A stretch of 64,000 bases of DNA from Candidatus Bathyarchaeia archaeon (GTDB taxonomy: Archaea; Thermoproteota; Bathyarchaeia; 40CM-2-53-6; DTGE01), in NCBI GenBank assembly GCA_038852285.1, contig JAWCKG010000001.1, forward strand, positions 73,050 through 137,049, read 5' to 3'. A program made the translations under genes and the position numbers. Positions 39,308-48,473 of this stretch are shown here, one piece after another. The first letter of the stretch is position 1. Each line of letters begins with the position of its first letter. The notes under the pieces were generated by a model. That model saw nothing but the letters and a program-made list of their open reading frames with translations, was not told the origin of the DNA and did not search any database.

Positions 39308-40543
39308 TTAGAAGCCAAACTTCTGGCTGAAACCCATATAGTTCATCAATTCACGGATTAAATCAGGGCCCCTTAACCTCCCCGCGTTCCCCTTCCTCGC
39401 GGTTCTTTCGCAGAATCGCCCCACCCCGCTGCGGAAAACTCCAGGACCCCAGAGGAGGAAGGGTACCGGGTCTCCCATATGATCCCTCACGGCTATTGGG
39501 GTTGTATGATCGGCGGTGACGGCGACGAACACGTTTGAACTCCTCACTTCTCTACGTATTACTCCTATCATTTCATCGATTTTCTCTATGGCGCGCCTCT
39601 TCTCCTCGAAGTCTCCGTCGTGGCTGGCTACGTCCGTCGCCTTCACGTGAAGGATTGTTAGGTCGTTTTCCTTTATAGACTTGAGGGCCGCCTCAGCCTT
39701 GGCCGAGTAGTTTGTGTCCAAGCCTCCGGTGGCGCCTGGAACGTTGATTAACTCCATGCCCACAACCTTGCAAATCCCTCTGACCAATGCGACGGCTGCG
39801 ATGGCTGAGGCCTTAACCCCATATTTTTGAGGAATTGTTTGAAGCGTGGGTAATGTGCCCGCCCCCCTTGAGAGAATGATGTTAGCTGGCGGTTTTCCCT
39901 CCTGGATTCGCTTCAAATTGACTGGATGATCCTTTAACGCCTCGAAGGATTTTAACGTAAACTGGTTTAGGGCTTCAGCGGTTCTCTCAGCCGCCTCCTC
40001 AGGCTCGAGAGGGGTGGATTTTAAAATCCTTTCTCCAACTTTATGTGGATCTGTGTCGGAAACATGTCTGCTTAGGTTTTTTCCCCTGAAGACCAAGACG
40101 CCTCTATGCTCCACTGTGTGATGAAACTCATAGGTTAAACCTTCAACGTCTAACCTGAATCCCCTGATAGCGGGCATCAATTTATCAGCGTCCTCCTTAA
40201 TCCTACCTGCCCTGCGGTCCATAACCGTCAGATCGTCGTCAACGGTGGCGAAGTTGCATCGGAAAGCCACATCCCCAGGAGAAAGACTTAACCCAGCCCC
40301 TACGGCCTCAAAACCCCCTCTACCCGTATAATATTCGTGTGGGTCGTATCCGAACAAGGAGAGGTGAGCCACATCGCTTCCCGGAGGAACGCCTGGTGCG
40401 ACCACGTCCATGAAACCGACTAAACCTTCATCCGCCATCGCGTCCATGTTCGGGGTCTCCGCGGCCTCCAGCGGAGTCATCCCACCATGCTCGGAGTGGG
40501 GTCGATCCCCCATGCCGTCGCAGATCACCATTATACCCTTCAT
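39308..40543 (-). CDS. apgM: 2,3-bisphosphoglycerate-independent phosphoglycerate mutase, archaeal type
   Basis: MKGIMVICDGMGDRP N-terminus at the Met at 40543. The 76-codon upstream extension in the ORF track (to 40771) is unlikely to be real. VTADHTTP metal site. Confidence 0.85.
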   Translation of the reverse strand: MKGIMVICDGMGDRPHSEHGGMTPLEAAETPNMDAMADEGLVGFMDVVAPGVPPGSDVAHLSLFGYDPHEYYTGRGGFEAVGAGLSLSPGDVAFRCNFATVDDDLTVMDRRAGRIKEDADKLMPAIRGFRLDVEGLTYEFHHTVEHRGVLVFRGKNLSRHVSDTDPHKVGERILKSTPLEPEEAAERTAEALNQFTLKSFEALKDHPVNLKRIQEGKPPANIILSRGAGTLPTLQTIPQKYGVKASAIAAVALVRGICKVVGMELINVPGATGGLDTNYSAKAEAALKSIKENDLTILHVKATDVASHDGDFEEKRRAIEKIDEMIGVIRREVRSSNVFVAVTADHTTPIAVRDHMGDPVPFLLWGPGVFRSGVGRFCERTARKGNAGRLRGPDLIRELMNYMGFSQKFGF

Positions 40544-40586
40544 CTTCAACCTTAAACCACCCGGCGATTGAATTAGCTTCATTAGG

Positions 40587-41201
40587 TTGAGTCTAGGATA
40601 TTTAAAGATGAACAGCTTGATAACCCATAGGAGTCGAGGATACGGTGAGAAGCCGAAGGTAACCATAAGCCTCATAGCCCTCAACCTAACCGTATACGCG
40701 GCGTTAGCCCTCGCCTGCAGGAGCCCATTTAAACTTACCTTCCAAGCATTGTCATTGCTCGGGCAAAGCAACGCATCCGTTTTAAGGGGAGCCTACTGGC
40801 AACTCCTAACCTCACTGTTCGTACACTCAAACATACTTCACTTGCTGGGAAACATGTTCTTCCTCCTGATTTTCGGGCTGAGGGCCGAAGACCTGTTCCC
40901 CGCCTCAAAGTATCTCTTCATTTACCTAGCCTCAGGCCTATGCGGCAACCTCCTAACTCTACTCATGGGACCGTACATCCTGTCGGTTGGAGCCTCAGGT
41001 GCCATCTTCGGCCTATACGGAGCCTCAGTCATATATCTGAGGAGAAGCATGCGACGATCAATCCTCGGAGCCTTAATCTACTCCATTTACCTCCTCCTAT
41101 TCAACCTCGGCGAAAACGTGAACCTCCTCTCCCATGTAGGAGGATTGACCGCAGGCCTAACCATAGGATACCTTCTATCGACTTTTAAATACCGCCGGTA
41201 A
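40587..41201 (+). CDS. Rhomboid-family intramembrane serine protease
   Basis: 6 TM helices. GASGAIFGL (GxSG) active-site Ser and the downstream His in LSHVGGL. Confidence 0.75.
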   Translation: MSLGYLKMNSLITHRSRGYGEKPKVTISLIALNLTVYAALALACRSPFKLTFQALSLLGQSNASVLRGAYWQLLTSLFVHSNILHLLGNMFFLLIFGLRAEDLFPASKYLFIYLASGLCGNLLTLLMGPYILSVGASGAIFGLYGASVIYLRRSMRRSILGALIYSIYLLLFNLGENVNLLSHVGGLTAGLTIGYLLSTFKYRR

Positions 41202-41432
41202 CCCTGCTCTATTCAGGAGAAAGTTCACTAACACCTCAAAATCTCCGCATCGATTCTAACGGAGTCAAAGCTTTTTCATGAAATCGAAAACGCATTCCAG
41301 TGCTTCGGCTTATAAGTCGACTGAGCCTTGCTTTCTCTAAAACAAACATGCTTATCATAATCGGAGTCTGTGGCTGCTATACTCGCTAGAAACTTAGACG
41401 TTCTGTTTTTAGATTTCAGCTGTCAGGGTTTA

Positions 41433-41981
41433 CTAGAGGTAGGCGATGTAGTATTTAAAACCTGAGCTGGGAGGATCTGGGAATCGGTAAAGAAAGTCCT
41501 TCAACTTTAGAACGGATACCACAGGAATCCCTTCGGCATCCCTAATCTCTGAATCGCCAAGGGTTAACATAACGGGGATGAGGTAAAGCTTTTTCAAACC
41601 TCTCAAGGGCAGTTTAGCTTTTAAATGCTTCACATGCCCTGCGAGGGCTTCAGTTCTCCTTAGATGCGCCTTGGAGGCGGCGTGTATTCTAGAGGACCAG
41701 TATGGAAACATCCATTGCTTACAGTCTACGCTCATCAAAACATTCAACTTTAAAGCGAGGATATCGATTTGGAACCTTTTTTTAGAGAAGGTGGTAAACG
41801 TGAATCCTTTGAGGACTTCAAAACCGTTCAGCCTAAAGGCCTCGAAGATCAGCCACTCAAACTCCCACCAGTCTAAAGACCCACAGACCTTAGAGGGACT
41901 GCCCCCCTGGTTTAACGCTTCAACCACGCGATCGATCCTAGGTTCCGCTAACTTCCTCGATGTCGACGCTTTTCCGTCCAT
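41433..41981 (-). CDS. PD-(D/E)xK nuclease, Hjc (Holliday junction resolvase)-like / Mrr_cat-like, with N- and C-terminal extensions
   Basis: EFEWLIFEAFRLNGFEVLKG..SKKRFQIDILALK..LMSVDCK lines up with the Hjc pattern E..GF.V.R..SGSKRK..DIIALK..IEMK (E / D / (E/D)xK catalytic residues). Confidence 0.5.
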   Translation of the reverse strand: MDGKASTSRKLAEPRIDRVVEALNQGGSPSKVCGSLDWWEFEWLIFEAFRLNGFEVLKGFTFTTFSKKRFQIDILALKLNVLMSVDCKQWMFPYWSSRIHAASKAHLRRTEALAGHVKHLKAKLPLRGLKKLYLIPVMLTLGDSEIRDAEGIPVVSVLKLKDFLYRFPDPPSSGFKYYIAYL

Positions 41982-42234
41982 GAAAACTTTTCATCTCCCC
42001 TTAAGGACATTAAAGATGAATAATTGAAGATTCCCGTTATAATGTAACTATTATAATTTATGGACATTTAAATTTGTTTCGAAAAGCCTTTAAACATTAT
42101 AGGGATGCCTTAACCAACTCGAAAATCGGGCAAGATACTTTTTACCATCCATTGTGATCGAGATGGAAGGCGGCTCGATGCGTTAGTAACCGTTATAATC
42201 AGCCACGTTTCAATTCAGCTTTAGGTGGAAGCTG

Positions 42235-43050
42235 TTGAAAGATCTGCTATATAACATCCGCACCCAAGCTACAGCCAGGTGCGCTAAAGTGGCTGTTGGA
42301 TTGCAGAAGCGGTCAGAGGATGTATTCAACTCTGTGTTAAATGCTCACCGACGCGGCCACGCTAAAGTCATCATCGTTTGCCCTGAAGGTGAGGGTTGGC
42401 CTCAAGGCGTTGAATGTGTTTCGGCCCGAGATCCAGCGGAAACGATGATCTCCATGCTGCGAAGGGGTGAGGTGGATGCGGCCGTGAGGGGAACACTTTC
42501 GGCGAGCGGGGTGATCGCCGAGGTTAAGATACAGTTCAAGGTGGATAGGATGCTTCGAATCGCCCTTCTTACCACAGCGCGGGGGTCCCCATTCTTCCTG
42601 GCACCTATAGGCGTTGACGAGGGAGAAACCTTGAACGAAAAGGCTGAGCTTATTGAAGCGGGAGTTGAGCTGCATAGGAGGCTGGGAGTTAACCCTAAGG
42701 TTTCAATCCTGTCGGGTGGAAGGTTGGAGGATTTGGGACGTAGCAGGCTTGTAGACGAGTCCTTAAAAAACGGGGAAAAACTAGTCCGCATGATGGAGGA
42801 GAGGGGCAAGTTTGAGGTAAAACACCACGGAATACTCGTTGAAGAGGCTTTGAGGGAGGGTTACACATTTATCATCGCGCCATCAGGCATATCGGGCAAC
42901 CTCATCTTTAGGGCTTTGGTCTTCTTGGGAGGTGGGATGGCCATCGGCGCCCCCTACATGGGCGTTCCTAAACCCTTGGTCGACGTTTCAAGGGCTATGG
43001 GTGATGTATCCGACGCCATCGCCCTAGCCAGCGCCTTAACGAAACCTTAA
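42235..43050 (+). CDS. Phosphate acetyl/butyryl-transferase (PTA_PTB/PlsX) family protein
   Basis: C-terminal [45 protein letters not shown] parallels the Pta C-terminal catalytic region. Confidence 0.5.
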   Translation: MKDLLYNIRTQATARCAKVAVGLQKRSEDVFNSVLNAHRRGHAKVIIVCPEGEGWPQGVECVSARDPAETMISMLRRGEVDAAVRGTLSASGVIAEVKIQFKVDRMLRIALLTTARGSPFFLAPIGVDEGETLNEKAELIEAGVELHRRLGVNPKVSILSGGRLEDLGRSRLVDESLKNGEKLVRMMEERGKFEVKHHGILVEEALREGYTFIIAPSGISGNLIFRALVFLGGGMAIGAPYMGVPKPLVDVSRAMGDVSDAIALASALTKP

Positions 43051-43108
43051 ACTTTAAATTTTCCCTTAAACCGTGTAGAGTCACCACCGTTTTTCCAGGG
43101 ATTTTGAA

Positions 43109-44059
43109 ATGGAGGTTTTAGACGCCTCAGAGTTGAAGGAGAAGTACGGAAACGTAGAGTGGATTTCCCCTTATCAAAGAATAGTGGCGATGACAGGCGA
43201 CGATGGGCTCATCGAAATCCACGAGTTTCACGCGAGGGGTAAATGCATAGGGGGCTCAGCGTGGGAAATATACCATTACCCAAGGGTGAGCAAGCTGGTC
43301 TTATCAGCGAGAAGGGAGGGGGCTAGGAACATATTCGTCCTGAAAGCAGGTAGATGCGATCTCAATTTAATCCCTGGCTTGGCTGGGGCTGGCATCGAAA
43401 GAGCTGAAGTCAAAGGGGATGAAGCCCACATCACCTACGCGGGTCTGGCTGGCGGGGGCATAGCCGCCACCGTTTGCAGGGGACTAGCGGAGGGTGTGAA
43501 GCGCATCGAAATCCATGAGAGGGGGGGTGGAGGCAAGCTAGGCCGGTCCACGCTCATCCTCCCATTGAGGAGGAAGATAATCCTCGGGGTCGACGACACC
43601 GATGAGCCTCGTAGGGGAGCCACTTGGAGCCTTATCAACGAGATCTCCAACACGCTGGACAGGGAGGGTGTGGCCGAATACCTAGGGCATACCATTACTC
43701 AATTATACACGAAGAACCCGGTTAAAACCACGAATTGCGTGAGCATAGCCGCCACCTTCGCCGTCGAGCCAAACTCAGTCAACCGACTACAAGACCTCTT
43801 TATAAGCCGTGTAAAAGCCGCCACGTTCTCTCCGCACACGGGCTTGGCGATTTACGGAAACATCCAAGCAAATGATGGCTTAAAAGCGTATACAATGGAG
43901 GCGAAGTCCCGGCTTGTCGAACTATCTGAGGCGGAGGAGGTGGCGGAAAGGGAGGGTGTAAAACTAATACCCATCACAGGTGAAAGAGGTTTGATCGGAG
44001 CCCTAGCCGCCATCGGCTACGCAGATAACCCCGATGAAGCCGTTAAGCCTTTTAGGTAA
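43109..44059 (+). CDS. Two-domain protein. The N-terminal part is Gly-rich with an unknown fold. The C-terminal part resembles the TiaS Thr18-Cyt kinase domain (TCKD).
   Basis: LGVDDTDEPRRGATWSL...QLYTKNPVKTTNCVSIAATFAVE resembles the TiaS N-terminal GIDDTDSPRGMCTTY...LNPNIPFKTRGNGAVSF. The TiaS OB-fold and Zn-ribbon C-terminus is absent. Confidence 0.4.
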   Translation: MEVLDASELKEKYGNVEWISPYQRIVAMTGDDGLIEIHEFHARGKCIGGSAWEIYHYPRVSKLVLSARREGARNIFVLKAGRCDLNLIPGLAGAGIERAEVKGDEAHITYAGLAGGGIAATVCRGLAEGVKRIEIHERGGGGKLGRSTLILPLRRKIILGVDDTDEPRRGATWSLINEISNTLDREGVAEYLGHTITQLYTKNPVKTTNCVSIAATFAVEPNSVNRLQDLFISRVKAATFSPHTGLAIYGNIQANDGLKAYTMEAKSRLVELSEAEEVAEREGVKLIPITGERGLIGALAAIGYADNPDEAVKPFR

Positions 44060-45185
44060 ATCTTTCATAGGTTTTTTAAGGCCAGTACCCTTGTTGAGCA
44101 TCGACCCCGCTACGTTAAAAATACACCTACACTCCTACGGTGTAAGGCTCAGCCCAACCATAGGAGGCTATAGGAAAGGCGGAGCCGGTCCTGTTGGGAA
44201 ATCTCTCATACTGCCCGGCGGCTTGGTCGCGTCGGTTCCAACCCTCGGGGGATTCGTAGAGCGATCACCCTACAGAATTCTAAGCGAGGATGGGAGGCTC
44301 AGGCTTTACCGCGACGATGATTACCTCGGTGAGGTGGTGGAGGTTCCTATCCCAAGTTTCTACGCGGAGAGAACCTCAGATGGAACCTTAATGGAGAAGG
44401 TCGCGGTTCTCCATGGGGTTGATTGCCTTGCCTCAACGGTCTACCAGAAATGCGTTTACTGGGAGATGGGTATAAGGTGTAAATTTTGCTCCATCGAATA
44501 TTCCCTAAATGATGGATGGACCACATTGTGGAAGTCGCCTAGCCAGCTGGCTGAAACTGCGGCGAAGGCTGAGGAGGAAGGTGTCGTCAAGCACGTAACC
44601 CTAACCACTGGAACACCCAACTTAACCGATCGGGGCGCCCGTATGCTCTGCGAATCGGTGAAGGCGATCAAGGACTCGACGCGTCTACCGGTTCACGTTC
44701 AACTCGAGCCCCCGAATGATTTAAACGACATCGCAAAACTGAAAGACGCGGGAGCCGACACCATAGGCATTCACATTGAATCCTTCGACGACAAGGTTTT
44801 GAGGGAGACCTGTCCAGCTAAGAGGGGTAAAGAACGATTCTTTAGGTGCTGGGAGGTCGCGGTGGAGCTTTTTGGAGAGAGCCAGGTAAGCTCTTTTCTC
44901 ATCATTGGACTAGGCGAAAGCGATAAAAGCCTATACGCCGGAGCTGAGCAAATGGCGAGGCTAGGCGTCATACCCTACCCTGTCCCCCTTCGACCCCATC
45001 CTAAGACTGAACTTGGGGACAAGGCTCCACCTCCACCGGAAAGGACTTTAAAAATCTACAGAGCATTTTTAAGGATCATGGAAAGCTACGGAGTTCACCC
45101 GGAGAAATGTCTCGCCGGCTGCGTGCGATGCGGGGGATGCTCAGCGATCAACGACTTACGAAGCATCAAAACCGCCTATTCATGA
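44034..45185 (+). CDS. Radical-SAM-like TIM-barrel protein with a non-canonical Cx8Cx2C motif and a C-terminal Cx3Cx2Cx2C cluster
   Basis: QKCVYWEMGIRCKFCSI (aromatic before the last Cys), Gly-rich LTTGTPNL, and GADTIGIHIESFDDKVL. C-terminal CLAGCVRCGGC. Overlaps the upstream gene by 26 nt. Confidence 0.4.
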   Translation: MKPLSLLGKSFIGFLRPVPLLSIDPATLKIHLHSYGVRLSPTIGGYRKGGAGPVGKSLILPGGLVASVPTLGGFVERSPYRILSEDGRLRLYRDDDYLGEVVEVPIPSFYAERTSDGTLMEKVAVLHGVDCLASTVYQKCVYWEMGIRCKFCSIEYSLNDGWTTLWKSPSQLAETAAKAEEEGVVKHVTLTTGTPNLTDRGARMLCESVKAIKDSTRLPVHVQLEPPNDLNDIAKLKDAGADTIGIHIESFDDKVLRETCPAKRGKERFFRCWEVAVELFGESQVSSFLIIGLGESDKSLYAGAEQMARLGVIPYPVPLRPHPKTELGDKAPPPPERTLKIYRAFLRIMESYGVHPEKCLAGCVRCGGCSAINDLRSIKTAYS

Positions 45186-45280
45186 ACCATTTGGGCTAGA
45201 TATGCCTTTTCGTGTAGGTTAGTCGGCGTGGCTTGAAGCCGCCGTCAAAACTAGTGGCCTGATTACTCATCCAATTGAAC

Positions 45281-46021
45281 TTAATCGATAAATAGCTTCA
45301 TGAGTCCCATAAATCCTAGGCCCACCAAGAACAGCGTGAAGGATGATATTGACTTTTTGAAGTCAGGTTGTTTGTGAAGCTCAGGAATGAGGTCCGAGGC
45401 CGCTATGTAGAGAAAGCCTCCAGCCGCAAATGGTATTAAGGGAGAGGTCACGTCTTCCACGTAGGTGTTTAGAAAGTAGCCCATTAGGGCCCCGGCGATG
45501 GCGGTTAACGCCGAGGAGAAGTTATATAATAAGGCTTTAAGCTTCGTGAATCCGCCGTAGACGAGGACGCCGAAGTCTCCTAGCTCTTGGGGGATTTCAT
45601 GAGCTGCCACCGCGAAGGTGGAGGCTAAGCCGAGGGGGAGGCTAGTTAGAAAGCTTACCGAGATGATTAAACCATCCAAAAAGTTATGAACGCCGTCGCC
45701 GATCAGATTTAAGTAGGTAAACATGTGTATGGGGCATTTCCCATCATGGCAATGACGCCAGTAGAGGATCTTCTCTAGAAGGAAGAATATTGTAAACCCG
45801 ACAATGAGGTAAAGGAAGGTTGGAACGCTGTCGGAGTTGGTTAAAGCCTCCGGAAGCAAATGTAGAAACGCCCCTCCAATCAACGCGCCCGCGGAAAAGC
45901 CGACCAAGCTGAATAGGACACTTTTTAAAAGCTTATCCTTAATCCCTAGGCTGAAAACGCCTACAAAAGACAGTAGGCTGATGAATAGCGTGCATCCTAG
46001 GATCCAAAGTAAAACGGTCAT
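45281..46021 (-). CDS. zupT: ZIP-family divalent metal (zinc) transporter
   Basis: AAHEIPQELGDFGVL signature and HxxxD. 8 TM helices. Confidence 0.8.
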   Translation of the reverse strand: MTVLLWILGCTLFISLLSFVGVFSLGIKDKLLKSVLFSLVGFSAGALIGGAFLHLLPEALTNSDSVPTFLYLIVGFTIFFLLEKILYWRHCHDGKCPIHMFTYLNLIGDGVHNFLDGLIISVSFLTSLPLGLASTFAVAAHEIPQELGDFGVLVYGGFTKLKALLYNFSSALTAIAGALMGYFLNTYVEDVTSPLIPFAAGGFLYIAASDLIPELHKQPDFKKSISSFTLFLVGLGFMGLMKLFID

Positions 46022-46418
46022 CTTAAACCTCCTAGAGCGAAAGCGTTCTTGCTAGGTATGGATGTAACCTCATATTTATGAAGTCTGCGGTGACGCTAAG
46101 CTTTACGATTCTAGGAGATAAGGCCCACTCCTGTTTTGATAACCCCCAGTTTAGCCTGCAAATTTGTTAATCGATTCTCGGCGGTTTACATCACTCAACT
46201 GGCCTTTGGCCACGTATAGGTCAGACACCTATTCAAGTCATTGTCTGCTTTTCACATTTGGCTTTTGTGAAACAGTCTTCACCCTCTGTGAGGAAAGTTT
46301 AATTAGGTTCAGGTCGATTAGGTGGATAAAGGCTGGGTTAACCTTTCACGTTGAAGCGATGCCTCTAGCTGGGAAGCAATAAACATTTAATCTGGTTAAT
46401 CGAATTTGTTAATGGAGA

Positions 46419-46757
46419 GTGGAGGTGGGGTGTTTGTACGCGTATTGGATACAGACTGTCGCACCATCGATCTACAACGTGAAAGTTAGGAAGGGCGCCA
46501 CCAACTTTACCTTGGAATGCGAATGGGAAGGCATGGGAACGGTTGGGTTTCAGATTAAGACCCCGGAGAAAACGTATTTGGAGGATGAGCTGGAGGTTTC
46601 TGAGAAAACAGTCATCTGCATGGATGGGGTGGCTAGGTATCGGTGCGTGAAGCGGGCCTCTTTGAAGATGAAGCCTCTTCCAAGGGAGGAGAGCTGGACG
46701 GTTCAGCTGAATCTCTTTCAGGTTTCAAGATATAAACTTACGATAGAGGCTTTCTAG
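46419..46757 (+). CDS. Small hypothetical protein (112 aa)
   Basis: Intact ORF. Shares a YN.K..(8)L.W..(E)G..G motif with the next ORF. Confidence 0.35.
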   Translation: MEVGCLYAYWIQTVAPSIYNVKVRKGATNFTLECEWEGMGTVGFQIKTPEKTYLEDELEVSEKTVICMDGVARYRCVKRASLKMKPLPREESWTVQLNLFQVSRYKLTIEAF

Positions 46758-46782
46758 GATAGGCTATAGGTTAAGGGTCGTC

Positions 46783-47160
46783 TTGAAGATAGATGTTCAC
46801 TGCTCCCTGTTCAACATGAGGAAGTTTCTCATAGATAGTACATGCCGGGATATCATGCCCCTAGCCCTGTACAGGGATGAGGAAGTGTTTCCGGAGAGGT
46901 CTACGACAGCTGGTAGAATGTACATTGAGGCGAAGGATAAGCAGACCTTGGTGACCGCTGGGGAAATTCGTTTTGTCAAGGTTTCAAACGTGGATCTCAT
47001 CGTATACAATTCTAAAAGCGGGCGGACGAGGCTGAAGTGGACGAGGCTCGAAGGGGAAAACGGTAAGCTTTCAGGGGAGGCCAGCCTAAATACCCTCGTT
47101 AACCTGGCGGCCGCTAAGATCATAAGCTTGCAAGACGGTGAGAAGGCTTACACCGCATAA
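46783..47160 (+). CDS. Small hypothetical protein (125 aa), probable paralog of the preceding ORF
   Basis: YNSKSGRTRLKWTRLEGENGKLSG versus YNVKVRKGATNFTLECEWEGMGTVG. Confidence 0.35.
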   Translation: MKIDVHCSLFNMRKFLIDSTCRDIMPLALYRDEEVFPERSTTAGRMYIEAKDKQTLVTAGEIRFVKVSNVDLIVYNSKSGRTRLKWTRLEGENGKLSGEASLNTLVNLAAAKIISLQDGEKAYTA

Positions 47161-47194
47161 TGTTCGATCAAACCACCAACGAGATATGGGCTCT

Positions 47195-47746
47195 TCATTT
47201 AACGAAGTTGAGTATTTTCTTAAACTCCTCGGTACCTGACTTCTCAAGCATCTCATAGATCACCATTTCCACGGAGGTGGGCACAACCCCTTCGTTGACC
47301 ATTCGATCAAACGCTATCCTTCTGTTCTCTGGGGTTCGAGAAGAAGTCGCGTCCTCCAGCAGGTATACTTGGTAATTTCTTTTCAGCGCCCCCAGAGCTG
47401 TCTGGGTTACGCATATATGCGCTTCTACCCCCATCGTCAACAGGCTTCGCCGTTTGTGTTTCTCCAGTTCGTTAACGAACTCCCCTGACTTAAAGCAGTT
47501 AAAGTAAACTTTTTCGATCGGTTTATACCAGTTCCCCAAAGCCTCTACCAACCGTTTATCAGTCTTCCCAAGCCCCTTAGGATATTGCTCAGTCACTATG
47601 ATGGGTACGTTCAAGGTTTTCGCCGAGTTTACCATCACAGCGGCGTTTTTCACGATCTCCTCGGCCATGTGAATTTTTTGTAAAAGCCTCTCCTGGAAAT
47701 CAATACACAGTAAGACACAGTCCTCGCGCTTCAAACATGCTGGCAT
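47195..47746 (-). CDS. Isochorismatase-family cysteine hydrolase
   Basis: VLLCIDFQ (Asp) and GVEAHICVTQTAL (catalytic Cys). 183 aa. Confidence 0.75.
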   Translation of the reverse strand: MPACLKREDCVLLCIDFQERLLQKIHMAEEIVKNAAVMVNSAKTLNVPIIVTEQYPKGLGKTDKRLVEALGNWYKPIEKVYFNCFKSGEFVNELEKHKRRSLLTMGVEAHICVTQTALGALKRNYQVYLLEDATSSRTPENRRIAFDRMVNEGVVPTSVEMVIYEMLEKSGTEEFKKILNFVK

Positions 47747-47872
47747 AGACTCGGAGAAACATGAGCTTTTAAAAAACTTTTACTCCTAGGTTTTAAACGA
47801 AGGTACAGCCCAACCGAAACTTAATTTAACTTAAGTTGGCCTCAAGACATTTAAGGGACGGGTCTAAGAGCG

Positions 47873-48451
47873 TTGGTTTGGCCATTAACTAGGTTTGCTA
47901 AGGTTTTATCGCATGCGCTATCACCGTTCGCCTCCTCAGCGTGGGCTATAGTGGTTATAGCGTTAAACCGATACCCGGATGTCAGAGGGGTGTTATACTT
48001 TTTAGCTGGGGTCACTCTCACCTCTATTATCCCCTTCCTCTTCATCTTCAGCTACGCCCGAAGGGAGAACGTTGAGGTTGAAATCCCTGATAGAGGAGCT
48101 CGACCATCTCTTTTTACACCTGTCTTCGCGGGTTACGCGGCCTCAGGAATCCTATTCTACACGTTGAATTTTAGGGACATGCTCCTCCTATCTTTATCCT
48201 ACGTGGAGGTCAGCTTCCTCATACTGTTGGTGACGTTTAAATGGAAGATCAGCGTACATACAGCCGGGCTCACCGTCCCTGTTACCGCTTTAACATACAT
48301 TTTCGGATGGAAAACGGCTTGGATCTATCCATTAGTGGGCCTGCTCATATGGGCCAGGGTGAAGCTTAAGGCGCACAGCCTCCCCCAAGCGGTTTCAGGC
48401 GCGGCTATAGGCGTTGCCCTTACCTCAGCGACCTTCATCCTCGCGCGTTAA
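47873..48451 (+). CDS. PAP2-like (type 2 phosphatidic acid phosphatase superfamily) membrane protein
   Basis: 6 TM helices. Motif-2-like SVHTAG and motif-3-like ARVKLKAHSLPQAVSGAAIG. The match is degenerate. Confidence 0.4.
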   Translation: MVWPLTRFAKVLSHALSPFASSAWAIVVIALNRYPDVRGVLYFLAGVTLTSIIPFLFIFSYARRENVEVEIPDRGARPSLFTPVFAGYAASGILFYTLNFRDMLLLSLSYVEVSFLILLVTFKWKISVHTAGLTVPVTALTYIFGWKTAWIYPLVGLLIWARVKLKAHSLPQAVSGAAIGVALTSATFILAR

Positions 48452-48473
48452 AGCTTCGTCGACAAGCCTCAAC

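Noticed and set aside
39308-40771. Long N-terminal extension of apgM in the ORF track
   Set aside because: The first 76 codons have no similarity to ApgM. The conserved MKGIMVICDGMGDRP N-terminus begins at the Met at 40543.
46164-46382. 72-aa plus-strand ORF in the zupT upstream region
   Set aside because: It sits entirely within a promoter/intergenic region between the repeated motif copies and has no coding features.
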